Source: an uncultured Nitrospinota bacterium (GTDB lineage: Bacteria; Tectomicrobia; Entotheonellia; J063; CAVPRW01). Taken from it: a stretch of 64,000 bases of DNA. Below, piece by piece: positions 7,978 to 18,533 of the stretch; positions within the stretch are counted from its first letter, which is position 1; each line of letters begins with the position of its first letter. A model generated the notes under the pieces. It was not told the origin of the DNA and did not search any database. It worked only from the letters and a program-made list of their open reading frames with translations. Made by a program: the position numbers and the translations under genes. The DNA is taken from NCBI GenBank assembly GCA_963707985.1, contig CAVPRW010000010.1, positions 32,001 to 96,000 on the forward strand. Reading direction: 5' to 3'.

Positions 7978-9240
7978 TTACGACAGCCAGGCGTATTGAC
8001 GGTGATATTCGCTGATTTTCTGGAGAACCAAACGCGGCTGCCCTTGACAGGATAATCGCACACCTGGAATGCACTCGAGGTCCAACGTGACATTGCGGGT
8101 CCCGAACTTGACGCGGCCGCTGTCTCTCAACACTGCCTCATATTCGTCCATCGAGAGCGGGTAGCGTGCGTTCAAATGCTTCTCGAGCTCGAAACGACGC
8201 TGACGCTCGCGGCCATGGGGTGTGACCACACCACTGAAAAACTCCGAGCAGCAGCCCGAGCCATAGGAAAAACAGCCAATGCGTTGGGGCGTCTCGAAAC
8301 GCGCCTGGTCAATCGTGGCCGCCAGGGCCATGAACACGGTTCCGCCCATGATATTGCCCACCCGCTGGCAGTAGGTCAGTCCGGGCATGACCCGCTGCTG
8401 GAAATCTGTCTCGATCTCAGCCCGTGTCCCGATGGCCATCTTGCGCATCATGGTGCGGTGCGCGCCCTTGATCATGCCGCCGAAGGGGGTGTGGAACACC
8501 AGGTAGTGGAAGGTCTGGCGAAAATCCGCCGCCTCGACCCGCCGCTGGTACTCCAAGAAGGCCTGTTCGCAACAATGCAAATAGGAGAGGAGCGACAAAT
8601 CGGTATCCCCCGCCTCGCCATCGGGTGTCGGGCGGCAGGTATCCATCACCTCATAACCGGAATAGCCGTTGGCCCCTACGTCCGTCTGGAACACGGTGGG
8701 ATGCTCGCCCACCAGCATGGCGACGGCACCAGCCCCCGAGCTGGGCTCACCGTATGACCAGTCCGCACTCAGCGCGTTGCCCCCCTCGACCACGATGGCA
8801 CGGGCAATGTCGGTGGCCACTACCAGTGCTTTGGCGCCGGGGGACGTTTGGGCCAGAATGAAGTTGACAGCCATCTGGAACCCCGCGGTGCCCGCATAGC
8901 AGGCCTGCTTGAGCTCAAATAGGCGACAGTTGCGGTTCAGTTCCAGGTAATGATGAATGTACGTGCTGATGGATTTGCCGAAATCGATGCCTGACTCGGA
9001 ACAGGTAATCAACATTTCGATGCGGTCTCTTGCCGCGTTGTCCAGAGTGTCCAGCAGGGGCTTGGCGGCATTGACGCCGTAGGTGATGGCATCTTCGTAG
9101 GGGAGGGCCACAGCTTTTTGCCGCATCAGAAGGTTTTCCACGCGGGCCGGATCCAATTGGCGGTGCTGAGCCAGCTCCATGACGTCCACACAGGCAGAGC
9201 CCCCAAATACATTCATGGCTTCGATACCGGCGGCAACCAT
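7978..9240 (-). CDS. HMG-CoA synthase-like polyketide beta-branching enzyme (PksG/HCS type)
   Basis: SESGIDFGKS, ELKQACY (catalytic Cys), FHTPFGGM, VGNIMG and FSYGSGCCSEF match the PKS-associated subfamily. Confidence 0.9.
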   Translation of the reverse strand: MVAAGIEAMNVFGGSACVDVMELAQHRQLDPARVENLLMRQKAVALPYEDAITYGVNAAKPLLDTLDNAARDRIEMLITCSESGIDFGKSISTYIHHYLELNRNCRLFELKQACYAGTAGFQMAVNFILAQTSPGAKALVVATDIARAIVVEGGNALSADWSYGEPSSGAGAVAMLVGEHPTVFQTDVGANGYSGYEVMDTCRPTPDGEAGDTDLSLLSYLHCCEQAFLEYQRRVEAADFRQTFHYLVFHTPFGGMIKGAHRTMMRKMAIGTRAEIETDFQQRVMPGLTYCQRVGNIMGGTVFMALAATIDQARFETPQRIGCFSYGSGCCSEFFSGVVTPHGRERQRRFELEKHLNARYPLSMDEYEAVLRDSGRVKFGTRNVTLDLECIPGVRLSCQGQPRLVLQKISEYHRQYAWLS

Positions 9241-9253
9241 CCTCATCCTCCTC

Positions 9254-10921
9254 TCATGAAGCCGTGTCCGAGCCAGTTCCTTCCCGCTGGGAGGTGCCCG
9301 TGATGCTGACGACATGGCCAAATTCCATCTTGACCACGCGGTGTGCGATGTGGAAGTAGCGCTCATCATGCGTCACTGCTACAATCGTCTTCCCTCCGGC
9401 GGCCAGGGCAGGCAAGAGTTGTTCATAAAAATACTGGCGAAATTCCGGGTCCTGATCAGCCGCCCATTCATCGAAAATATAGATTGGACGGTCCTCGAGC
9501 AGCGCCACGATCAATGCCAGGCGCTTCCGCTGTCCGGTCGACAGTTGCAGATTGGTACAATGATCCCCCGCCAGGGCGGTTTTCTGCTCGAGCTCGAATT
9601 GGGTGAGGAGGTTCTGGGTGGCCTCCTCCGGAACATTGAGCAAGCCATAGAGTTTTCGAAACAGATGGAAATCAGCAAAGATGGCGGCAAAGCGCGCTTG
9701 ATAGGATGCTAGTGTGGTGTCACCGATCGGCTGGTTATCCACCAGAAGACGCCCGGCCGTGGGAGCATAGAGTGCCGTCAACAACTTGAGGAACGTGGTC
9801 TTGCCGCTACCGTTCCCGCCCATTACGAACAGGATCTCGCCCCGCCTGATGGCCAGATCAAGCGGGCCAACCCGGAAAAGCTCATTATTCTCTTGATCGA
9901 CATAGGAAAAACTGAGCCCTTGCATCTGGATTTCGTTAAAGTCTTGCGGAACGGGTGACACCACGCCTTGGCCGTCCCTCATGGCCTGAGCGAAGCGATC
10001 CAGTCGTTGTTCAAGCAGCATGATATTGTGCACCGCCACATTCGATTTCGCCAAGGCTTGCAGCCCGCAGATGACGAGCCCTAGTGGCCCAATAATGAAT
10101 AAGACCGTCATCATGATCCGTATCTTGTCCTCTTCATGAAAAGAGACAAGCCGGGGCAGGAGAAAGAGGACTGCGGCGATGGTGATGTAAAACACACTAT
10201 AGGCCATAATGTAATTGAGGGCGAACATGTCAGCCGTGCTGATCTTCATGGAGCGTAACATCTCAGCAGACTCGACGATATCGCGCATCAGGTCATGGCT
10301 CCGGTCGTCGTTGATCTTCATCTCCTTGAAGCCATCCAACAGATCACGAATGGTATTGAACGAGTGAATCTCCTGCTGTGACGTGCGCTGAATCCAGACG
10401 TTCACCTCCTTGAGTCGGCGGCTATACAGCCACATACCAACGCCAATGAGGGTGAGACAGATGACGAAGGCCGGCAGCGACAGTAGCGCCATGTAGATGA
10501 TGGCGAACAGCAACAGGATAGACGACTGCAGCGCGGCGGCGAGCATGCTACTCGATTCCGAGATGACCCGCGCCTCACTGGTCAGCAAATTATAAATGTC
10601 CGCCTGATCAATGCGTTCAAGACTCAAGAGATCCGCCTGGCGAATTTTCTCCGCAATGCGTAGACGGAGTGTGGTGAGGATCTTTTCGAGGACCACCGTC
10701 ACCTGATTGGTCGTGCGCCGGAAGCAGATGGCGTAGATGATGAACGCCACGGCAAATATCAGGAGGTAGCGGAAATCCTGTCTGTCCGCCGAGGTGTCGT
10801 GTATGGCTGTATTGATCAGTACCAGCAAGCCGGCATTCGCCAGGCCCGAAAGGCCTGCGGCGAGGATGAGATTGGACCTGGAACCAGCCGTTTCCTGTTT
10901 GATCAGCTCAAGAAGCGTCAT
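9254..10921 (-). CDS. Cyclic-peptide export ABC transporter, fused TMD+NBD (SyrD/PvdE/YojI family)
   Basis: Six TMs; GFKEMKIN, GGNGSGKTT, LSTGQRKRLAL and FDEWAADQDPEFR. Confidence 0.93.
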   Translation of the reverse strand: MTLLELIKQETAGSRSNLILAAGLSGLANAGLLVLINTAIHDTSADRQDFRYLLIFAVAFIIYAICFRRTTNQVTVVLEKILTTLRLRIAEKIRQADLLSLERIDQADIYNLLTSEARVISESSSMLAAALQSSILLLFAIIYMALLSLPAFVICLTLIGVGMWLYSRRLKEVNVWIQRTSQQEIHSFNTIRDLLDGFKEMKINDDRSHDLMRDIVESAEMLRSMKISTADMFALNYIMAYSVFYITIAAVLFLLPRLVSFHEEDKIRIMMTVLFIIGPLGLVICGLQALAKSNVAVHNIMLLEQRLDRFAQAMRDGQGVVSPVPQDFNEIQMQGLSFSYVDQENNELFRVGPLDLAIRRGEILFVMGGNGSGKTTFLKLLTALYAPTAGRLLVDNQPIGDTTLASYQARFAAIFADFHLFRKLYGLLNVPEEATQNLLTQFELEQKTALAGDHCTNLQLSTGQRKRLALIVALLEDRPIYIFDEWAADQDPEFRQYFYEQLLPALAAGGKTIVAVTHDERYFHIAHRVVKMEFGHVVSITGTSQREGTGSDTAS

Positions 10922-10998
10922 CGGGCCCTGCACACTCCTGTCGTGACCGCGTTCTCCTGAGAAACGTGTGGCACACCCTAGAACCATGCAGGAAGCGT

Positions 10999-11589
10999 TT
11001 AGGCTTCGACGATCGTGAGATGCCCTTGCCCCTCGAAAGTTGTGAGGTCGATATCGGCGATACACCGGACTTTGACGTAATCGAGCGTCAGGCCACCCTC
11101 GAGATGCACAGTCCCGGTCGGGGTTGCGAAATCGGCCCGACTGAAATCGCAGGCCGCGGTGTCAAGCCTGACGCCGAGCTCTGTCCCGCCTTTCGTGGCG
11201 GTAAACGTGATATGCACATATCCTCGATCGATACTCTCTTGTAGAGCTTTGACACTCTTATCCGGACGTAACCTTACGACAACGGGGTGACGACCCTGCG
11301 CCAAGCGTTGGACGAGGGGTGCCTGCGCCGCATCGTCCTGAGCCGAAGGAGTCGACGTTGGGGGAGCGGGTTGACGCGCCATCTCCTCCATGTGCTTTCG
11401 CAGGCTGAGTGGCCGCATGTCGGTCCACACCTGCTCGATATAGGCCAGACACTCTGCCTTGGGGCCGCTCTTACCGACGTCCCTCCAACCCAAGGGATTT
11501 TCCCGGTCGGCAGGCCATATCGAATACTGCTCTTCGTGATTCACGACGACCTTGTAGATCGTTGCGTCGTTTTCCTCATCCCATGCCAT
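10999..11589 (-). CDS. MbtH-like protein fused to a ~110-aa C-terminal domain
   Basis: [13 protein letters not shown]...PLGW...[18 protein letters not shown], a Pro/Ala linker, then a domain containing [17 protein letters not shown]. Confidence 0.92.
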   Translation of the reverse strand: MAWDEENDATIYKVVVNHEEQYSIWPADRENPLGWRDVGKSGPKAECLAYIEQVWTDMRPLSLRKHMEEMARQPAPPTSTPSAQDDAAQAPLVQRLAQGRHPVVVRLRPDKSVKALQESIDRGYVHITFTATKGGTELGVRLDTAACDFSRADFATPTGTVHLEGGLTLDYVKVRCIADIDLTTFEGQGHLTIVEA

Positions 11590-11804
11590 GCTTGCCTCCT
11601 ATCGCGGTTTCCACTTGGCGGTACGGCCATCTGGGGGCGAAACGCCTGCCCTCCAGCGGAAGTTGGGGTAGGTGCTGCAGCCGCTAGCGTGAGAGGACTG
11701 CACCATACCAGTCGTGATTTGACCTCGAAGGCACCTCGCCTGGGGGACCACCCAGGTACGGATGGGCGAAGCTCTCGATCGATGCCGGTGAACATGGCTT
11801 CTCG

Positions 11805-12569
11805 TCACACACCTGGTGCCTTCATGCCCTGCGTCAGGTCCTGAGTCAGCGCCCGCAAGAGCAGCTCCTGGGCGCTGTGCAGGAAAAAATGATCGCCGGG
11901 CAACATGCGCTGGATGAAGGCGCTGCGCGTCTGTTCGCGCCAGGCGGCCAGTTCGTCATAACTTACCCTGGGATCCTGCAAGCCTCCAAATACTGAGATC
12001 GGACACGCGAGGGGTGGCTTGGCGATGTAGCTGTAGGTCTCGCATACGGCAAAGTCTGCTCGCAGAACCGGAAGAAAGAATTGCATCAGTTCTGCATCTT
12101 GTAAGACCGCCTCCGGTGTGCCGTTGAGACGGCGCAGTTGGATGAGGAGCTCGGATTCTGGCAAGTGATGCAGCATGGGAGTCCGGTCGGGAAGTTGGGG
12201 AGCACGGTGGCCGGCGATAAACAAGTGTACGGGGACAAGGTTATGTTGCCGGCGCAATTCTTGACTGAGCTCGAAGCTGATCAATCCCCCCATACTGTGT
12301 CCGAAGAACGCGAACGGCACATCCAGATACGGGAGGATAACCGGCGCCAGCGCCTCAACAAGGGCTACCAGCCGAGTAAAAGGCCGTGCTGCCCGGAAAC
12401 TCTCACGTCCGGGCAGTCGAACACACCACAGCTCAGCCATCCCAGGTAAGCCTGCGGTCCAGGAGCGATAGAGCACCGTTCCGCCACCCGCGTATGGAAA
12501 ACAAAACAGCCGCAGACGAGCTTGCGGACTTGGTTTGGGGCAGATGAGCCAGGGGCTAGACGTCGCCAT
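11805..12569 (-). CDS. Type II thioesterase (GrsT family)
   Basis: RLFCFPYAGGG, GHSMGG, LPVLRADF and GDHFF. Confidence 0.95.
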   Translation of the reverse strand: MATSSPWLICPKPSPQARLRLFCFPYAGGGTVLYRSWTAGLPGMAELWCVRLPGRESFRAARPFTRLVALVEALAPVILPYLDVPFAFFGHSMGGLISFELSQELRRQHNLVPVHLFIAGHRAPQLPDRTPMLHHLPESELLIQLRRLNGTPEAVLQDAELMQFFLPVLRADFAVCETYSYIAKPPLACPISVFGGLQDPRVSYDELAAWREQTRSAFIQRMLPGDHFFLHSAQELLLRALTQDLTQGMKAPGV

Positions 12570-12697
12570 CCGTACCACCCCAGAGATGTAATGCGTGAAT
12601 GCCCTGTCGTTGACGACTTGTCGACACCGGGGCCGAAGCACGGCGTGGCCGGATGCTCTGAAGTCGTCTCATGACGAGCCGGAGGCTGCGTCGTCCA

Positions 12698-13255
12698 TTA
12701 CCGATCGGTAGACCTGGGATGCGCGCCCGTGCCTGAGCCATTGGACGGTAACGTGCCGGACTTGTGCCGCATCTCCCACATTTCCTGAGCACGTTCCTGG
12801 CTCGCTTCGAACTCTTGCCTGAAAAAGGCCCGAACTTTGGCGGGTTCAAAATCCAAGAATGTCCCCCCAGATTCGAAATGCTGCATGAAAATCTTGCCAA
12901 TGGCAAGTGTCGTGGCTGCGGAGAAGACCGGCATCGACATCACCCCGATAATCGGGCCCACGACCGGTATCAACCTCATCCCACTGCCCACGATGGTGGC
13001 GAGGGAGGTCGGGATGATGCCCCCCAACAAGGAACTGATCAGCTTTTTGACGATATCTCGATAAAATGGCACGTGATAGTTTGCCGACAGCAGCCGCAAC
13101 ATCCGGAGCTGTATGGCGATGAGCGCCGTCATATCGACCAGGGGAATCGGTATGAAACCGATCCCCCTGGCCAGCCACATATGCCGGTTGATAATCCTGC
13201 GTGCCTGAAGTTCCGGAAGATCCAAAGTGCTCGCCCCCCATGCAGGGCACATCAT
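12698..13255 (-). CDS. DUF697/YcjF-like membrane-associated protein (copy 1)
   Basis: IPIPLVDMTALIAIQLRML..L...YHVPF and IGKIFMQHFESGGTFLDF. Confidence 0.8.
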   Translation of the reverse strand: MMCPAWGASTLDLPELQARRIINRHMWLARGIGFIPIPLVDMTALIAIQLRMLRLLSANYHVPFYRDIVKKLISSLLGGIIPTSLATIVGSGMRLIPVVGPIIGVMSMPVFSAATTLAIGKIFMQHFESGGTFLDFEPAKVRAFFRQEFEASQERAQEMWEMRHKSGTLPSNGSGTGAHPRSTDR

Positions 13256-13264
13256 ATAGGGACG

Positions 13265-14203
13265 CTATTTGGTTGGGAGTTGACCGTCCTGCCCCAACGG
13301 GACAGTGCCGATCAGCAGTGGAAGGTCCGCTTTGTCACCCAACACGATCACTTTCGCATTTGATGATTTCGCCAACTCCAAGCTGGCCTCGATGCGCTTC
13401 AACGTCAGGTATCCAGGCGTGAGTCCCCCTGTAATCGTCGCCTGAAAAGCCTCAATGCCCCCGGCTTCGATCCGCTTGCGCTCGGCTTCTTTGTGGGCAA
13501 TCTCGACAAGATAATCATACTCCCATATGCGCTGCTGCTCCTCCCTCCGCCGCTGAATCGCCGCCTGCACTCCCTCCGGCATGATCAGCCGCTCCACGTT
13601 GACATCCGCCACCTCGATGTACTTCCAGCCGATTTGAACTTCTTCCTTGACGCGCTCGATCAGGTCACGCTCGAACAAATCCACCACTCCCGCCACCGTT
13701 GGGTACACCGTTTCGACTCTGTCCACGTATAGGGTTTCGGCGTTGAGCCGGCCAAGGGTATTACGCACGACAGAGGGCATCGTTGGCGTGATGAGAGATT
13801 CGACATAGTCCATGCCGACGTGTTGGTGGAGCTCTGCAGCCAGTGGAGGGTTCACCCGGTACAGCACTGACAGATCGACCGTCATGTCCAATCCATCTTG
13901 CGTCAGCGCCGTTAGCGAGCGGCGCACGATATGCCACCGCACGTCATAGATATAGATGATGTTGAAGGGCAACACGAAGTGTAGCCCCTCGCCGTAGACG
14001 CGGTCGGTGACTGTACCGCTGAACCGTCGCCACAGGACGCCCACGTGCCCCGGATAAATAGACACTAGGATGCGTTCCCAAAAGAAGAGGGCGAGAAACA
14101 CGACGATCAGGAGCGTCATGGTGATACCAAATGCGAGTCGCGAGGACCACTCTCTCAACATGTCTAGAGCGGCTTGTATCCGCAGAGCTATCCAGGACAA
14201 CAA
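13265..14203 (-). CDS. SPFH/prohibitin (band 7) family protein
   Basis: N-terminal TM; IYPGHVGVLW, GEGLHFVLP, LTQDGL, AERKRIEAGGI and ELAKSSNAKVIVLG. Confidence 0.88.
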   Translation of the reverse strand: MLSWIALRIQAALDMLREWSSRLAFGITMTLLIVVFLALFFWERILVSIYPGHVGVLWRRFSGTVTDRVYGEGLHFVLPFNIIYIYDVRWHIVRRSLTALTQDGLDMTVDLSVLYRVNPPLAAELHQHVGMDYVESLITPTMPSVVRNTLGRLNAETLYVDRVETVYPTVAGVVDLFERDLIERVKEEVQIGWKYIEVADVNVERLIMPEGVQAAIQRRREEQQRIWEYDYLVEIAHKEAERKRIEAGGIEAFQATITGGLTPGYLTLKRIEASLELAKSSNAKVIVLGDKADLPLLIGTVPLGQDGQLPTK

Positions 14204-14594
14204 AGCAGGTCACCTCTTCGCTGGCAGATTATACAGGCGAGAGCGACGTGGTACCACAGGGTCTCTTATCATGGGCACGGTTCACTACGTGGACTATCAG
14301 ACGTCGTGGGCACTCACGACACATGCCCTATATCGTTCCGTGGCAAGGAGGAGATTCACGGAGGAGTCATGATGCAACACATCAAGGTGGAAAGGCAGCC
14401 GTTACGGGAGGTATGCTGGCCACCCAGCTAACCCCCTGCGGATTGCTGTGTGTTTATAAACTTTGCTGTACCTTGTCTGAGACGTGACCGAATGCACTGC
14501 TGTCACAAATTCCCCCTTGGACATAGGGGGCCAGGGAGATTTACCAGCAATGACACGCGCCGGTGGACGCATGTCGCGTGATCCAGCCTAAAGC

Positions 14595-15110
14595 CTAAAT
14601 TTCTGCCGCATTTGTCCGCTCGATGGGGCTAGCCTCCTGACGCGCCTCAGAGGCAAGATCTCGTCCTCTGCCGAACTGCCGCCGGAAGTACTCTCGTACT
14701 TTGGCTGGCTCAAAATCGAGGAACGTACCACCGGATTCAAAATGCTGGATAAAGACCTGCCCGATGGCGTATGTCGAAGCCCCAGCGAACACCGGCATCG
14801 ATAACCGACCCACAATCGACCCGGCCACCTGCGCCACCTGAGCTGAACTGGCAAACAGGCTCGCCACCCCGCCCAACGTGCCACTCAGGGATGTGGGGAC
14901 GATGGATCCGAGCAACGAACCGATGATCTTTTTCCCAAGATCCCTGGAGAACGGGACGTCATAAGCCTCTGACAGGACCTGTAACATCCGCAGCTGTAAC
15001 GCTGTGATCCCCGCCGTATTGATGAAGGGCAAGGGCAACAGGCCCACTCCTGCGGAGAACTCTATGTATTTATTAACGGTTCGGCGTGCCTGGCTTTCTC
15101 TCTCTTCCAT
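14595..15110 (-). CDS. DUF697/YcjF-like membrane-associated protein (copy 2)
   Basis: Paralogue of 12698-13255; both share QHFESGGTFLDFEPAKVR. Confidence 0.8.
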   Translation of the reverse strand: MEERESQARRTVNKYIEFSAGVGLLPLPFINTAGITALQLRMLQVLSEAYDVPFSRDLGKKIIGSLLGSIVPTSLSGTLGGVASLFASSAQVAQVAGSIVGRLSMPVFAGASTYAIGQVFIQHFESGGTFLDFEPAKVREYFRRQFGRGRDLASEARQEASPIERTNAAEI

Positions 15111-15303
15111 AGTCGCATGACCCTCCCGCGTTGCCGTCTGCTGATGTGCGACACGTGTTGACGAGCCATGCCGACGCCCACGCGGTCTCCGCAAGGCCAC
15201 AAGGCTCGATTCCAGAGTATCACCCCAGGCTGCCCATTGCCAATCGTTTTGGAGCGATCAGGTCTCACGTCATCGTCGTAAATCGACCCCACCCCTGCAC
15301 CCT

Positions 15304-18300
15304 TCAGTGAGCCCCATCATGCTCATGACGTGGGTTCTTCGCATCCACCAGTTCGTCTGATGTGCCTTTTCTCGCACCAGGCTGGCGCTGGCGCTCCCTG
15401 AGGCGCTCGATGAGCACGTAGATGACCGGCACCACGGCCAGGCTCAGCACGGTCGAGAGGATCATCCCACCGAACACGGCGGTGCCGAGAGAGTGGCGAC
15501 TATTGGCCCCCGCACCACCGGCCAGCACCAATGGGACGACACCGAGGATGAACGCCATGGCGGTCATAAGAATGGGCCGCAACCGAGTGCGGGCGGCCTC
15601 TATCGCCGCGTCTTGAATCGACAGACCTTCGTCGCGACGGCGCCGGGCAAATTCGACGATGAGGATGGCGTTCTTACCGGCCAGACCGATAAGCATCACC
15701 AGACCGATCTGGCAGTACACATCGTTGGCGAGTCCTCGCAGCCATTGTGCCGTCAAGGCCACCAACAGAGCCAGGGGGACCGCCAGCAGCACGATGAACG
15801 GCATGGACCAGCTTTCGTACTGGGCGGCGAGACAAAGGAAGACGACGAGCAGCGCCAACGCGAACAACAGGGGCGCTTGGCGGCCTGATTGGATCTCCTG
15901 ATAGGCAATGCCCGTCCACTCGTAGCCCAGCCCCTGGGGCAATGCTGCCGTCGCCAGTTGCTCCATAACTGCGATCGCCTCTCCAGAGCTGACACCCGGT
16001 GCCGCCGCGCCATTGATCTCAGCCGAGCGGTAGAGATTGTAATGTGAAATCGCCTGAGGGCCGACCATCGGGTGTACCTGGATGAGCGCGCTGAGTGGCA
16101 CCATATCTCCAGCGCTGGTGCGGACGCAAAGACGATTGATGTCTTCGGGTCTGGAGCGAAAATCCTCGCTGGCCTGGAGGAAGACCCGGTAGATATACGC
16201 CCAAACTTGTTGAAGTCATTGACATACATCGAGCTGAGGTAGGCCTGGAGCGTGATGAAGATGTCCGAGATCGGAATACCCAGCGTCTTGGCTATGGTGC
16301 GATCGAGATCGACGTAGAGCTGAGGGGTATTGGCGCTGAAACCACTGAACAGCCCCGTCAGCTCCGGCCGCTGGTATGCCTGTCGCACCAGTTGCTGTGC
16401 CTGGTCTGCCAGGGCCCGGAGCCCCAACCCATCAATGTCCTGAAGCTCGAACTGGAAGCCTCCAGATGAGCCCACACCGGGGAGAGCCGGTGGATTGAAG
16501 GCGACCACCACCGCTTCTGAGATAGTGGCAAAGCGTCGACGCACTGTGCCGATGATCGCACCCAATTGCAGGTCGGGAGCCTTGCGTTCTGCCCAGGGCT
16601 TGAGGACCACGAACACCGATGCCGAATTCGAGGCGGTACTAAAGGTGACGATATCGGCGACGCCTGGCGTGGCGCGTAAGATGGCCTCGACCTCATAGAC
16701 CACCCGCGTCGTGCGCTCCAGCGATGAGCCATCAGGACCCTGAATGTTGGCGACGAGGTAGCCCTGATCTTCGTCGGGAATGAACCCCGTGGGCACCAGA
16801 CGGAACATATAGTACGTGGCAGCAAGGAGGGCAACGAAGACGATGAGCACGAGTATCCAGCCGCGGATCAGACCCCTGACCATGCCGCCATATGCCTGCC
16901 CGGCTCGATCGAAGCCACGGTTGAACTGTCGGAAAAACCAACCGTGCCCTGTGCCTCCGGAGCGTAGAAAAATGGCGCACAAAGCGGGGCTTAGCGTCAA
17001 GGCATTGAGCGTGGAGATTCCCACCGAGCAAGCGATGGTGAGCGCGAACTGCTTGTAGAGCTGTCCGGTCACCCCAGGCATGAAGGCGACCGGAATAAAG
17101 ACGGCCATGAGGACTAGAGAGGTGGCGATGATAGGTCCGACCACCTCACCCATCGCTTCCTGGGCCGCTTGCCGTGCCTGCCGTCCCCGCTCCACGAGAA
17201 AACGGCTGACATTCTCGACCACGATGATGGCGTCATCCACCACGAGACCGGTGGCCAATACCAGGCCAAACAGCGTCAACAAATTGATCGAGAATCCCAG
17301 CACTTTCATCAGGGCGAAGGTACCAATCAGGGACACGGGGATGGTGATAGCGGGAATCAAGGTGGCGTGCCAGTTCTGGAGGAAAATGAATACGACCAGG
17401 AGCACCAAGAGGATGGCTTCGATCAGGGTGAGCAGGACCTCGGTGATCGATTCTTGCACGAAGCTGGTAGTATCGTAGACGATGGTGTATGCCATCCCTT
17501 CGGGAAAACGCTTGGCCAGGTGCTCCATCTGGGCCTTGACTTGACGTGCGACGTCGAGTGAGTTGCCACCTGGGAGGGTGTATACGGCGACAAAAGCCGT
17601 CGGCCCGCCGTTGAGGCGGACGAAGCTTCCATAGTCTTGCGACCCGAGCTCTACGCGTGCGACATCCTTCACATGTACAATGGAGCCATCGGCACGGGTG
17701 CGCACGATGATGTTCCCGAATTCTGCGGCATCTGTGAGACGACCTCGGGTCGTGACCGAATACTGAAATTGCTGCCCGCGCCGCGCCGGGGGCTGGCCAA
17801 TGGCCCCAGCCGCCGTCTGGAGATTCTGCTCGCTGACCGCGTTGGCGATATCCATCGCCGTCAAGCTCAAGTTGGCGAGCTTGTCGGCATCGAGCCAGAT
17901 ACGCATGGCATACGTGCGCGCGCCGAAGAGCAGGACCTGGCCAATGCCCGGAATGCGTCGGAGCACATCGCTGATGTGGAGGTCGGCATAGTTGCTGAGG
18001 AACGCGTCATCATAGCGACCATCCGGGGAGATCACATTGACGGCGAGCGTGAAGTCGGTGGATTGCTTGGTGACGCTGACGCCTTGTTGAACAACTTCCG
18101 AGGGGAGCTGTGCCAGGGCGTTCTAGGCGCGGTTTTGCACGTCTTGAGCGGCGAGGTTGAGATCATAGCCGACGTTGAAGGTGACGGTGATACTGGCGCT
18201 GCCGCTGTCGCTGCTGACAGAGGACAAATACAGCATGCCCTCCACGCCATTGATTTGTTGCTCGAGAGGGGTGGTGACGGTGCGTTCGACGACCTCAGCA

Positions 18301-18458
18301 CTGGCTCCAGGGTAGTACGCGCTCACCTGGATGGTCGGTGGCGTGATCGGCGGGAACTGCGCCACTGGCAGCAGCCGCATCGTCACCCCACCGGCCAGCA
18401 CGATCATGATGGCGATGACGGTCGCGAAAATCGGGCGTTGGATGAAGAAGTTAACCAA
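15304..18458 (-). pseudogene. HAE1-family RND efflux permease (AcrB-like), disrupted
   Basis: FFIQRPIFA, GLVVDDAIIVVENV and RLRPILMT; in-frame TAG at 18123-18125 and a frameshift near 16192-16200. Confidence 0.88.
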
Positions 18459-18533
18459 TCCGGCACTCCATGCGGTCGTGACGCGGCTATCCGTGGCTGG
18501 GGGCTCAGCCGCTGATCCCCCGCCAAGGCATGA

